64,000 bases of DNA, from the NCBI RefSeq assembly GCF_001194135.2, contig NC_068997.1, positions 1,176,777 to 1,240,776 of the forward strand, read 5' to 3'. Below are positions 50,565 through 63,309 of the stretch, in pieces. Both the position numbers and the translations under genes were made by a program. Numbering within the stretch: the stretch's first letter is position 1; each line of letters begins with the position of its first letter. The DNA is from Octopus bimaculoides. Lineage: Eukaryota. Under the pieces are notes generated by a model that saw only the letters and a program-made list of their open reading frames with translations, ran no database searches and was not told where the DNA came from.

Positions 50565-51862
50565 ACAGTCGCAGATACAGTCAAACACACACAAACACAT
50601 AAAGTCTCTCTCACATACATACACTCAGAAATACGTACATACACACGTACACACTCAAACACACACACAAAGTCTCTCTCTCAGGCACATACACTCACAC
50701 ACATATACACACTCTCGATCACGTACACACATTCACTCATGCGAACATCAATATAGACGTGGCGATGAAATCACATTTACTATCCTTCATATCCACTCGA
50801 CCACACGTGCACAAATACACCGATATACAGTAAAACTACCCCACACACATAAATACATATCCATTAATGTTTAATTCCAAATTAATACAGCGAGTTGATT
50901 TATACATCGTAGGCGCAATTACCTAAAAACAGCCGTTCCCCGCTCCCTTGCTCATTCCTCTCTTTCCCTCTCTATTTTCCTTTTCTCAGCCCCTTTTACA
51001 TACATGTATTTTCCTCCTTCTACCTATCTGTCTCTCTCTCCTTACCACAGATACAATCAAATGATTTATGAGGTTTATTTCGAAAATTCTGTGTATGAAG
51101 AAGCTGTACAGGATCATGAAGGTCCTAACAATGCGAATTAAATAAAACAGTATTTTTCTTTTCTTTCTTTTTTACTAATTACGCTTCGAGCTAAAAGACG
51201 ATTTTCAAATAATATAGTGGCACAGAGACAAGGGGAACATTTAAATATAAAGAAAATAAAAATATTATCCACTGGCTGTTCAGGTCGACCTAAAAATGTT
51301 CAACTTCAATAATATCTCCAATCTGTTCTTGTAAAAGGCACTCAAAAAAGATAACGTTGATCTGAGGCAAGTGACAAATTCCCCATTTTAGTGAAATGCT
51401 CCGCCAGAAATCAGCTTGTGGAATCGTAAAACTGTCAACTAAGTTTCATATGACTGTATGGGAAATGGTTTTAAAGCGGTCAGTATGCTTTATTTGAAGA
51501 ATTGATTATGACATTATGCAGAAATCCGAAAAGCGTAATAATCCTATTTTTTTAATAATGCTTTACTTTTTTGTGTTTTTTTTCTTATATTTTGATTCCA
51601 GCCACAAACAGAAAAAATTGTGAATATATTCTACTTTACCCCATCAAATTTTATCTGAAAGGTTAAATTTAACGTACTTGAGCATTTCATGGGTTTAATA
51701 AAATTTTTCATGACAACTGTCGTCAAAGAAAAATATTTAATAGAAATGATTTAAACTAAGTTGTAAGTGCATAAGTTGTAAAAATCAAAATGCAAAAACC
51801 AAAAATAAAAAAACCCCAAAAAACCCCAAATTCCCGGTAACTCAGCTAAACCTATAAAGGTA

Positions 51863-51985
51863 AAGTGCTCTTGCAGTAACAGGACACCAGTCTTCCTCAA
51901 TCAGTAATGCAACGCCGAAGCAATTATCTATGAAGCAGAGGTCATCTCCACAAAACATTTGATATTCATAGGAAGAATTCTTTAA
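51863..51985 (+). mobile_element. Decayed Penelope GIY-YIG fragment
   Basis: Translates KCSCSNRTPVFLNQ*CNAEAIIYEAEVISTKHLIFIG, resembling the CxC..C..IY..YIG region of PLE endonucleases. Confidence 0.4.
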
Positions 51986-52187
51986 TAGCGAGACCTATAG
52001 TCATGAAAAATTCCCGTTGGTTATGTAATTATGTTTTAAAATGTTACCATAATAATGAAATTTAACATATGTTGACAATTTAAACGTTTGATCCGAATTT
52101 TTTTAACGAATGAAGAGAGTTGAAGTTTCTATAACTTTCCTGATAAAATATACGATCACCTCATTGTACAGAATTATTATGCAATGG

Positions 52188-52257
<70 letters not shown>

Positions 52258-52499
52258 TGTATGTAATTTATATACTGTGAAAATATATGCATATATACAT
52301 AATTTATATATCATGGAATTATATCCATATATAATTTCACTTTTCTGAATTTAACACGTTACTAGTTTTCACAATTCTATCCAATTATGGAAAACAAGTT
52401 GACTAAAAGTTAATATCACTATTTCGTAATCAGTCAGTATTTGCCCTGGTTCTCTATGATTGGCTCGAAAGTAAGACAGTTCTTCTGTGGGCATGAATT

Positions 52500-52830
52500 A
52501 GAGGAGCCGATGTAGACGCGTGGCTATGAAATTTCTTCTACAACTTTTCCATTTGACTTTCCCCCAGCTTAGAGAAAATTAAGTACCGGGATCGGTGTAA
52601 TGTGCTGGTCTCTAACCCGTAAAATTTCCGGCTTCGTGCCAAGATTATTATCATTTATCATACTTGTAAGGCTGCAAGCTAACAGAATCGTTAGCATGCC
52701 GAGAAAAATGCACAGCTGCATTTTATCCGTCTTTACGTTCTGAATTCAAGTTCCGTTGTAGTCGACATTACCTTTAGAGGACGATGAAATAAGTACCAGC
52801 AGAGTACTGGGGTCAATATAACCGACCAAC
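52500..52830 (+). mobile_element. SINE-A: degenerate copy (52500-52630) plus second copy (52665-52830)
   Basis: aaattaagtacc..tttccggcttcgtgcc; gctgcaagctaacagaatcgttagcatgccg...acgttctgaattcaagttccg...aaataagtaccag. Confidence 0.75.
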
Positions 52831-52849
52831 CCACCCCTCAATAAATGCA

Positions 52850-53085
52850 TCACACAAGGCGATGCATCTTTACCAGATGAGATTGTAGAGGAAAGGAACA
52901 AGACAGACATGACCTACCTATGTTTCACATTGAAGTCTGATCATGTCTCCGATATAACTCCAAAAGGAAAATTTATCGAAGAACCTGTTCGCTGTGTGCA
53001 ACATGAGGACTGCTACGATGCTGAAATAGCAGCGAATGAACCCTCTGAGAATGACATAGTCGGACGAAGGGGACCATTATATTGA
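52850..53085 (+). mobile_element. Possible decayed RTE-type RT fragment
   Basis: Open frame GDASLPDEIVEERNKTDMTYLCFTLKSDHVS..GKFIEEPVRCVQ loosely matches the RT segment DAIF..Y.AF.DL.KAFD; similarity is weak. Confidence 0.3.
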
Positions 53086-53438
53086 CCTTCCAAAGTCTCA
53101 CCTAGACCAGTGAGATTGATGAAGTAAATGTTTCGGCTCACGAATAGTTTCAAGTTGATGGTTGCAGAAAATGAAAACGTGTTGGGAGGGAATTTCTTTA
53201 TGCTGATATTTCGAGAAAAATAGGCTGTAGGGATTAATGGAGGAGTGTAGAGGTGGGTGGGAGTGACACAAAAGAGATGACGAGAGGAGGAAAGTCAAGT
53301 GAGTCGAGCGAGCCTGTGGGTGGTGAGACGAGAACAGCCAACTCCAGAAAAATGTAAGCCGGTGTAATAGTGGTAAAAACAGAAGAATGAAGAGACTGTG
53401 GACCAGAGACAGGGGTGTATTGGTGAATTAGTACGTCT

Positions 53439-53528
<90 letters not shown>

Positions 53529-54733
53529 TGTGTTGGTGAGGGAAACCGTAAGTTTGTGACCAGAGGTCGAGGTATGTTGTGGAGTGAAGTGACATGATTG
53601 CAGAGCTGAGGCGGGAGTATATTGATGAGTTGGTCTGCCAGAGAAAAGCCGGAGAGGCTGGTATGCGTTGAAAATGGAGGGACGCATCGCCTGATTTAGT
53701 CGTAGATACGCAGTAACCGCGAGAATGGTGACGGGTGGAATTGCCTTTGGTTGTAGCTCTGTTTGTTCGGGACTGATCAATGCCTCAGCAACATCAACAA
53801 CAATTACAGTGGTTGTAACAACAACAATAGCAATAACAGCAACAACAATCCACTGACTATCATTAACTTTATCATCCACGGACAATGAAATCTTAAATTG
53901 ATCTCAATGGAATATTTGTAGTATAGTTAAAGGGCAGCTCTTTAACGCGCGAGACGTTCCGCATGAAACGTTCCACACGAGACGTTGTATTGTCTTTTGC
54001 AGTTTACTTTGATGAAAATGCTTATTGAAAAGTAACTAAAAGTTTTTGTAAAAGTTTGGAGTTCGTTAATTTAATTTTCTTGAAATTACCAAAACTGAAT
54101 TTCTAAACCATTGCGTGATAAAGTTGTTGCCTGATGGCCTTTGTGATATTACACTCTAATGTTTCAAAACAAAATCTTAATAATTACAATTAATCTTAGA
54201 AATACTGAAGTTAATTAAAACATAATTAGTGGCTGAATTTATAAAGACAGCAGTGAAACTGAGGATGCAGTAGATGAGGACGGTGCAGCGGCTGAGGGTG
54301 TATCGGGGACAGAGACGGTGGATCGACTGTATCCTTGCGGTATTATAACTATACTATATTCTGATTTTTAACATTAATTTTACTGTCATCATAGCGCGGT
54401 CAATAAGAAGCCAAACTTAGAAACATATACAGTGCTGTTTCTTTTTAGACAGAATATTGGGAAATTGTTCAAATTCATTGCTTTATATTCTCGTCAGTGT
54501 TATCGAAAGGTGTGATATTACGTCACGTTGGGTGTTACTATTAAATATCTGTGCTGCTTGTACAAGATAATTACAAATTAACTGTGAAACTAGTGCGATA
54601 ACTAAGGAAATTGAAAACTTTGGTTAAGAATAAACTCTTATATATCTGAGTTGTAGAGGTAGATAATATAAAGTCAGTATGGGGCTCTTAGTAATTAAAT
54701 CATCTAGCATGTGGTAGACGCGTGGTTCGACTG

Positions 54734-54783
<50 letters not shown>

Positions 54784-54944
54784 GTCTGTCTGTCTGTCTA
54801 TCTGTCTGTCTGTCTGTCTGTCTAAACTATCCGTCACCCGCGGGTGAATATGGCTTGATTAAACATCAATATACTTTCGTCGTTAATCGTTATAGACGCC
54901 TTATATACTCTACTCCTCCACACTTGACCCAGCAGAACCCCAGA

Positions 54945-55125
54945 ATGTGACATCTGGGAGTTGAGAAAATTCCACCAACATTCAGCTGGGACTTATTTTC
55001 AGCTGAATATACTGGAGCAACGTGGGATGAAGTGTCTTGTTTAAGGACAAAACGCCCCACCCGGTTCAAGCTTTGAATCAATAACACTATGATTGTAAAC
55101 CAAACACCCTAGCCGTTAAGCTTCA
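54945..55125 (-). mobile_element. tRNA-derived SINE, family C (CORE/V-like central motif)
   Basis: Minus strand: gcttaacggctagggtgtttggtttacaatc...gattcaaagc...tgtccttaaacaagacacttcatcccacgttgctccag. Confidence 0.7.
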
Positions 55126-55531
55126 GAAATACAGACATACATACATACACACTCACACAATATTCTCTATCCATCTGTCTGCCAAAGTACACACACACAT
55201 ATGTATGTGCGCGCGCGCGCGTGTGAATATACATATTTGTATGCATATACATGCAGAGCCTTACATGTTAATACAAACATAAAAGTGTGATTGAATACAT
55301 TTTTAATGCATTGATTCATTGTACTGACGTCAAGTATGACTTTTCCGACTATCATTATCACCAAATAGTAAAATCCACTTTATTCATGCAGATCCACTAA
55401 CACACATACATAACACAAATATATATTAGATACGTATTTATGTCACTCTCTCTCTATATATATATATGCCTATGTGCATGTAATTATATACAAGTATATG
55501 TATATTAATAAATCTAACATGAACGTACAAT

Positions 55532-55591
<60 letters not shown>

Positions 55592-56444
55592 CATTCCGAT
55601 ATACAGATTTTCATGTTGCTATATTTCTATGAAAAAGTAATAAAAAAAAAAGAAACGAAGTAGAATAAGAGATTCGATGGTTTAATTGTATTATAATGAC
55701 AGATGGGGAAAATCTATTTGCCACTTGTTGATAAATTGATTTGACTGTGACAAGTTTGATCTGCAACAATAAAATTAATGCTAGACATTATATTCACTTC
55801 TGTATCGATGTGAAGAATATTATGGAAAAAAATGGTGAACTGTTATTGATTATAGAAAGGAACGCAGTATTCTACAAAGTTCGTTGTATACATATACATA
55901 TATACATACATTTATGTGCTCATGTATGTATGTTTGTATATGCAGTTAAGTCTATATGGTATCTGCGTTCATACAAGCGATTCTGTACAAAGTGTCTGCG
56001 TTTATTTGCTGTCTGTGATTATTTGGAACTACGTGCTTTACACAGAGATTTGCTGAACGAGAAGTTAATGTAGCTCTTGTGTAGAAAGCTCTGAATGTGA
56101 AACCTGCTGCTATGAAGGATCAGTCGCCGTAGATGTTCTAAAGCACAAATATGATTGAAGCTGTGTTACCGTAGAGCTAGCTGCTGCACTGGCTCATTGC
56201 ATTGCCATTATTGAACAAGTAAACTCGTTGACGAATTCGCTTTTCTGTATCTGATCCTCTGGAAAAAGGGAGACGTCATGTCTTTAAAATGCAATCTTTA
56301 CTTGCGCGTGCACACACACAAAATATATACATATATTAATGTATAAAGGCCTACATATATACATGCGCTTTTATTTAAGTACACAAATACAAGTATGTAT
56401 ATAGTCACATATATAGATACACATTACTCGTATTCGTCTAAATT

Positions 56445-56815
56445 TTTATGAAGTTCCTGGCTGTGTTGTAAGAAGTTTGCTTCGGAACCACATGGTTCCA
56501 GGTCCAGTACCACTGCAGGACATCTTGAGCAAATATCTTCTACTCTAGCCTCAGGCCGACCAATCTTTGTGAGTTCATTTGGTAGGCGGAAACTGAAAGA
56601 AGCTCGTCGTATATGTGTGCCTGTCTCACCCCACTGATTGAAAACGGGGACTGGTGAGTTTATGATCCCGTAACTCAGCGGTTCGGCGAAAAAGGCCGAT
56701 AAAATGAGTACCAGACTCTAAAAAAAGTAGTGGGATCGATTTATTTGACGAAAAATTCAGGACCGTATCTCAACATAGCCACAGTCTAACCGAAACAGGT
56801 AGGAAATAAAAAATA
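56445..56815 (+). mobile_element. SINE family B
   Basis: ggctgtgttgtaagaagtttgcttcggaaccacatggttccagg...catcttgagcaaatatcttctactctagcctcaggccgacc...gtaactcagcggttcggc. Confidence 0.88.
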
Positions 56816-56870
56816 TATGAATGTATATATTCATGTCTGTGTGGTATGTGTGTGTGTGTGTATGTACGCG

Positions 56871-56937
<67 letters not shown>

Positions 56938-57699
56938 GCATGTGTGTGTGTGTGTGTGTGTGTGTGTATGCATGAATAAATGTATATATTTATACAGATA
57001 CCGCATATATGTGAGTTTTCAATGTGTCATTTGGGGAATTGCAATTTTGATAATTAGTTTTTATAAGTTCACAAATATATTCCTATGATAAAACCATATA
57101 CGAATGGTTAATTATGTCTGATGGATTGAAAACGTAAGAAATTTCAAACAATGGTGAATGTTCAGTACCGGAATAATTTCAAAATATATATCTGAAGTGA
57201 AATAGAAGTGTCTTTGGATAATTAAAACTGTCTGAATCAATAAATTAATACGAACGTATCAAAAAATATTCTCTTTTATTTGTAAACTTCGCTTTTAATT
57301 GTTGGATTTATTAATTAAAAGAAAATTGTCTAAGATGTTAAAAAAAAAATCTAAAGCACCCTTTTGTTTAGAAAATCATCCAGGGAAATAGAAACAAATT
57401 TTCTTGTCGGTGACTGTCAAACACATTCAGAAATGAACAAAGAATATATATTGTGAAAAAGAAAACAAAAATAACCCCCAAAACAACAACAAATTACAAA
57501 AAGAAACTGCATTCTGAATTGCGCTAATGAGTGATATTTAAATAATACATGTAAATACATATTCACATATGGGTATATATGCATGTCTTCATATTCTATG
57601 TGATGTTAATGATATATACACATATACATATAGATAATCTCGAACATGTGAGTCACCCACGTGCACTTTTTTCCTGGTTCTTTTTTATCATTTTTCCTT

Positions 57700-57790
57700 C
57701 TGTCTCTCTCTTTTCACTGTGTATCCGATGAAGGGTTGTCCAAAACGTCATGCGTTTACTCTATAGTTGTCACTTTGCAACTTTTTTTTA
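57700..57790 (+). mobile_element. Penelope-type terminal fragment with a mutated hammerhead motif
   Basis: gtat-ccgatga-a-gg(gttgt)cc-aaaac-gtc-atgc at 57721-57753. Confidence 0.4.
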
Positions 57791-58457
57791 TCTTCAACCT
57801 ATTATCATCAACTTATTAATATTAACTGTGAAAGTCCTTTCCATTGTTGCTGCTTTTCGTATTTCTCTTTTTTATCATTGATTTGGTCCCCCTCTCTCTC
57901 ACGCTCTCTCTCTCTCTGTCTCATATATATATATATATATATATANNNNNNNNNNNNNNNNNNNNNNNNNNNNNNNNNNNNNNNNNNNNNNNNNNNNNNN
58001 NNNNNNNNNNNNNNNNNNNNNNNNNNNNNNNNNNNNNNNNNNNNNNNNNNNNNNNNNNNNNNNNNNNNNNNNNNNNNNNNNNNNNNNNNNNNNNNNNNNN
58101 NNNNNNNNNNNNNNNNNNNNNNNNNNNNNNNNNNNNNNNNNNNNNNNNNNNNNNNNNNNNNNNNNNNNNNNNNNNNNNNNNNNNNNNNNNNNNNNNNNNN
58201 NNNNNNNNNNNNNNNNNNNNNNNNNNNNNNNNNNNNNNNNNNNNNNNNNNNNNNNNNNNNNNNNNNNNNNNNNNNNNNNNNNNNNNNNNNNNNNNNNNNN
58301 NNNNNNNNNNNNNNNNNNNNNNNNNNNNNNNNNNNNNNNNNNNNNNNNNNNNNNNNNNNNNNNNNNNNNNNNNNNNNNNNNNNNNNNNNNNNNNNNNNNN
58401 NNATATATACGAAACGTACGTACTGCTATAATGTATTGAATTTTTGTTGCTTAACTT

Positions 58458-58493
<36 letters not shown>

Positions 58494-58504
58494 TCCTTGT
58501 AACA

Positions 58505-59460
58505 ATTGTTTAATGCCTGGAAAATGCGATAGTCAGTTGGTGCAAGGTCTGTTGAATATGGTGGATGAGAGGGTATTTCCAAGTTCAGTTCCTGTAACTT
58601 GAGTAGCGTTCTTTGTGCAACATGTGGTCAACCATTATCTTGCAAGAGAAATGGCCTGTCTCTATTGACCAATCTCGGTTGTTCAGTTGCAAGTTCACTC
58701 ATCATTTCATCCAATTAGTTGATGTATACATTTGCTGTAAGTGACTTATCAGGTCTCATGAAGCTGCAGTAGATGACACCAGCGCCGGACAACAAAACAA
58801 GCACCATTATGATTTTTGGTGAATATCTTTTTTGGATTGTGTTTTGGCACTTTGTCTCTATCCAAGCACCGTGCAGAACGCTTGCTATTGTTGAAAAGAA
58901 TCCATTTCTCATCACACGTAACAATACAATGCAAAAATGGTTCGCTTTTATGCAGTGACAGCAAAGACCAACAAGTTGCAAGACTTGTTCAGTTCGTTTG
59001 GTAACCACCTGTCCAGGTTTTTACTTTGCCGATTTGTTTCAGATGGTCTAATATAGTTGGAATCGAAACATCAAACTTTGCTGCTAACTCAGCAGCTTCA
59101 GATGTATCCACTTCAACTACAGTTTCCAGCTCATAATTATCCACTTTGGTCTCAGGTTTACCTCGGGGCTGATTTTCAAAAGCAAAGCTACCAGACTGGA
59201 ACGTCTCAAACCATCGACGTACAGTGCGTTCATTCGCCACACCTTCACCAAACACCTCATTGATGTGTCGAGCTGTCTGGGATGCATTGGTTCCACCATG
59301 GAACTCATATTCATAAACAGCACGAATTTTTGATCATCCATGGGTTCACAAAAATGGATTTACAAGAGAAAATTCACAATATAACCAGACACCATGAATT
59401 GCATTTCAAAAAGTAATGATGTAACTCTTCAATGTTGTAAAACAAAGAATAGTCAGGATA
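58505..59460 (-). mobile_element. Decayed mariner (Tc1/mariner superfamily) transposon; transposase pseudogene ~59341-58505
   Basis: With frameshifts corrected: MDDQK.RAVYEYEFHGGTNASQTARHINEVFGEGVANERTVRRWF (HTH), IVTCDEKWIL (first D), QDN..PHVA (second D), HPPYSTDLAPTDY (YSPDLAP motif); both ends are near assembly gaps. Confidence 0.92.
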
Positions 59461-59585
59461 AAGCATTAGAGTNNNNNNNNNNATATATATATAAATATAT
59501 ATATATATATCGTCAATAGTTCATATAACCGAAAAATAAATACACTCTAAGTTAATAGAGTAGTAATATATTTTTTTCTTAGGAA

Positions 59586-59690
59586 GTCAATGGTTATTGC
59601 AGAGATGATCATTGGGTTCGCACATTTCGTATAAAGCGCTTTACAGGTGCGAAACCAATGATCACTCTCTGAGAGCCCGTAACTATTAAC
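59586..59690. other. ~105-nt near-perfect inverted repeat / RNA hairpin
   Basis: cagagatgatcattgggttcgcac (59600-59623) pairs with gtgcgaaaccaatgatcactctctg (59647-59671); outer stem gtcaatggttat / gtaactattaac; central palindrome taaagcgcttta. Confidence 0.85.
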
Positions 59691-59814
59691 TGCCCCACCC
59701 CTACACAGGGCCTAGGTGCTTAACTTTCGTCTCGCGGTTTATTTAAGGGTTGAAAAAGCCTTCTGCTGGACTGGGCTACTACTAGCTGCTAATAGCTTCA
59801 GGGTGAGGCTACTA

Positions 59815-60075
59815 CTGACTTGTGATAGAATCGATGGTTACAGACGGCTACTTGGCATCGCTCAATGACATTCCTCTTGTTCTTTCCAGAGATTTTTATA
59901 TTAAACATTTCGAGAGATAGATTAGCATCAATCCCCATAATCACAGTAAACTATAACTGTTCTCTAAACATAATTAATTCAGACTAAATTCAGTAAGATA
60001 AACGGTGTATTATTGGTATTAATTAATCCATATATTTTACTCCAATTAAATTTTGCATTATTACAGCCTGAAAAG
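59815..60075 (+). repeat. Local repeat F, copy 1
   Basis: Nearly identical block gagatagattagcatcaatccccataa..cagtaaactataactgttctctaaacataattaattcagactaaattcag also at 63070-63152. Confidence 0.9.
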
Positions 60076-60384
60076 GTATTTTATCTTCTTTGCTTGATCG
60101 TATCTCTCAACTACAAAATGAATGTTCTTTAATTTAGTTCTTTACTTTGTGAAAGTCTTTATTAGTGTATTGTTCCACCTGTTTCGTTTTTCCTTTTCTC
60201 ACACAACTCTTTACAAAATAAACTGAATTCGTGCTGAAATAAAAAATAAATAAAAGCTAAATATTACTTCGAAATCTTGCCACATACTATTATCAAATGA
60301 TCTGTAATTGCTCACTAGAATTTCAATAGTTTCTCAAGAATAATAACATAGTTCACTTTTTAAGTAATTTTCTAGTCGAAAATC

Positions 60385-60472
60385 ATCTTCAGTTCAATCT
60401 GACGTAATCGACGCTGCTCGCGGTGTGTCGGTCGCTTTATTGTTAACAGACACAACAGCAGGATGGACTCCA
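60385..60472 (+). promoter_or_regulatory. CpG-rich promoter-like segment with candidate 5' UTR and 10-nt first coding exon ATG GAC TCC A|gtaagc
   Basis: TCAGTT (Inr-like, ~60389), TGACGTAA (CRE/ATF-like, 60400-60407), CpG cluster, agcaggATGG context at 60463, donor at 60473. Confidence 0.35.
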
Positions 60473-60714
60473 GTAAGCAAATAATTTAAAAAGAACAAAC
60501 AGAATGAGATGTTTTTAAAAACTTCTAACATTTTATTTGCTTTATCAGAAATAATTGAAATTCATTCATGATTGCTGCAAGAAATATAATATTTTATATA
60601 TTATACGCAATTAGATGTGGCTTTATATATTATATATAATTAGATGTGGCTTCATATATTATATACGGTTATTTGTGACGTTATATATAATATTTTACTA
60701 GTTTCATTTATTAG

Positions 60715-60877
60715 ATCGCGGCAATGTTGGGGCACCACCTTCAGGGGTTTAGTGCATTAAATCGACCCAGCCCTTAACTTTTAAAGGCTGGTACTTATTG
60801 CGTCGGTCTCTTATGCCGAATCACTAAGTTATGGGGATGTAAACTCACCAATAGTGGTTGTCAAGCCGTGGTGATGA

Positions 60878-60937
<60 letters not shown>

Positions 60938-60947
60938 NNNNNNNNNN

Positions 60948-61008
<61 letters not shown>

Positions 61009-61205
61009 AGCAAACTCACACACATATACACTCATACGCATACTCATAATACGGGCTTCTTTCAGTTTCTGTCAACCAGATCCACTCACAATGTTGTGGT
61101 TGACTCGGGCTATCGTAGAAGACACTTGCGCAAGGTGACACGCAATAGGGATGAGCCCAGAACTATGTAACTGAGAAGTAAATTTCTTACCATACAGCCA
61201 CGCGA
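60715..61205 (-). mobile_element. SINE family B with internal (CT)n/(CA)n and a 10-N gap
   Basis: 3' part cgcggcaatgttggggcaccacc..gccgaatcactaagttatgggg; 5' part ttctttcagtttctgtcaaccagatccactcaca..agaagacacttgcgcaaggtg..cttaccatacagcca. Confidence 0.85.
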
Positions 61206-61744
61206 TGCACCTATATTATATGCAATTATTTTTCTGACAATATATATTACATACGATTCGGTGTGGCAGTTGCAGTGTAATCTAATGAGTCTTTTAGGCG
61301 ATAAAAATGAGGTCAGAATAGGTAAAGTGATAAGCAACGCTTTGTGTTATTGAATTGCGTGCTTTTGCACTTTAGATTCAAATCTCACTGAGGCTGAGTT
61401 TATATTCATCATTCCGTGGTCAATATGTAATTCTCGATATTGAAATTACTTAAAAAATAAACTATATTCTTGAGAAACAATTGAAAATGTAACGGATAAT
61501 TAAATATTGTTTGGGCAAATTGTGCGGTAAGACTTCGAAGTAATGTTAATATTTTTTGCTATTTATCTTTATTTCAGCAACACTTCAGTTTATTATATAA
61601 AGAGTTGTATGAGAAAAGGAAAAACGAGACAGGTGGAGCAATAAACTCATGAAGAGCTTAACAAACCAAAGGACTAATGAGTTAAAGAAGATTCAGTTTG
61701 TAGATGTAAGTTACAATCGAGCCAAGATTTGAAACTGTATCTTG

Positions 61745-61925
61745 TAGGTTGTAACAGAGTAAATTTTACTTGGAGTAATAAATACCAGTAATACACCTGT
61801 GTCGAATGAAGATGTCTATTTTAATAAATTTAATCTAAATTAAGAGTGTTTAGAGAACGGTTATATTTTACTGTGTGATAAAATGGGAAGTGATATCAGT
61901 CTGTCTCTTGAAACGAATTATGTGA
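61745..61925 (-). repeat. Local repeat F, inverted and more diverged copy
   Basis: aataccagtaatacacctgtgtcgaatgaag...gtgtttagagaacggttatattttactg...tctcttgaaacg is the reverse complement of 63065-63200. Confidence 0.8.
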
Positions 61926-62969
61926 GAATCACGGTGAGATTCGCTTAATTTTCAGGGTCAATTGAAGAAATCTCAATGGCGTTACATATACATTCGTTCG
62001 AATCTAACTCTCTTCTTTTGTGGAGACATAGATCGAGCCTAATACTCAGATGCTATTGGCTGAGACAGTCGCTGATGATATTGAGCGTATCTTTTTGATG
62101 TTGCTTATGTGTTTGGGATGACCGAAGGTGTATACCACGTGTCCCTGATATTGCTACGGAGAGCAGTGGCCTCTAGTGGATATTTATTAGCCTTTAATGA
62201 CGTTAATGACACGACGTCGCAGAAATTCTATAACTAACGGGATATGTGGTACATTTAGTCATTGTGTTTAACGTAGTCAAAAGAAGATAAAGTAATAGAA
62301 AACGGACAAGAAAGAGAGGGGTGGTGCACAAAGATTTTTTAATGTCACCCTTATATAATGCCTTTTAATTCTAGTAACAATGAACATCGCAATTTGCCAT
62401 GTCCATTTGTCATGTCCATTCTACTTCAGTCAAGCATTATAATATGATTATGATTTAATCAGTAGATTGCTGGGATTGATACCCAAATCTATTCATTGAT
62501 ACTCTATTGATACTCTATTGATACTCTATGCTGCATTACAGTTTCAAATTTAATTCCTTAGTGATTTTGCTTTCATTCATTGCAAGGTTTTTAGACTATA
62601 TGTACCATTTATACATTTGGAATTTGAGTAGTTTTAATTGAAACGAATATATCTTTTTTAACAGGCGTAATCACATTTTCTTTTACGAAAGTGGATGTAC
62701 AGCCATTGAAACTTTACTAATGCTATAACGGAAATTATCACATCCGGTATCTTCTGAACATAAGACATGATATGAATCAGCATTTGGTTACGTATTCTAT
62801 TCTCTCAGTCAGCAGCTCATGTTCTAATAAAAAATCATATTAATTTCCTTAAACTAGAGTACATCTATAAAGTTATATCATAGCTATCAGGATTGTTGAT
62901 TGATGTATGTGTTAGATCAAGGAACACAAGTTTCAAAATATAGTTTATCGCTTCTGAAATTAGTACAAA

Positions 62970-63220
62970 CTGATAATAGAATCGCTGGTTACAGACTAGA
63001 AGACTGCTACTTGGCATCGGTCAACAACAGTCCCCTTGTTCTTTTCAGAGATGTCTATATTAAACGTTTCGAGAGATAGATTAGCATCAATCCCCATAAC
63101 CGCAGTAAACTATAACTGTTCTCTAAACATAATTAATTCAGACTAAATTCAGTAAAATAAACGACTTTATTCGACACTCGTGCATTACTGGTATTAATAA
63201 ATCCATATATACTACTCTAC
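62970..63220 (+). repeat. Local repeat F, copy 3
   Basis: Direct repeat of 59815-60075, offset ~3.15 kb. Confidence 0.9.
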
Positions 63221-63309
63221 AGAGGAGTAAAAACGGTATTTAACGATACGTACTAGTTTCAGGAAACATTAAGATCGAAACCAGGAAGTCAGTGTTAAAA
63301 TGTTACGTA

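Noticed and set aside
60590-60690. Short tandem repeats (~27-bp unit here; 11-bp attgatactct x3 near 62485-62518)
   Set aside because: Ordinary slippage-derived minisatellites.
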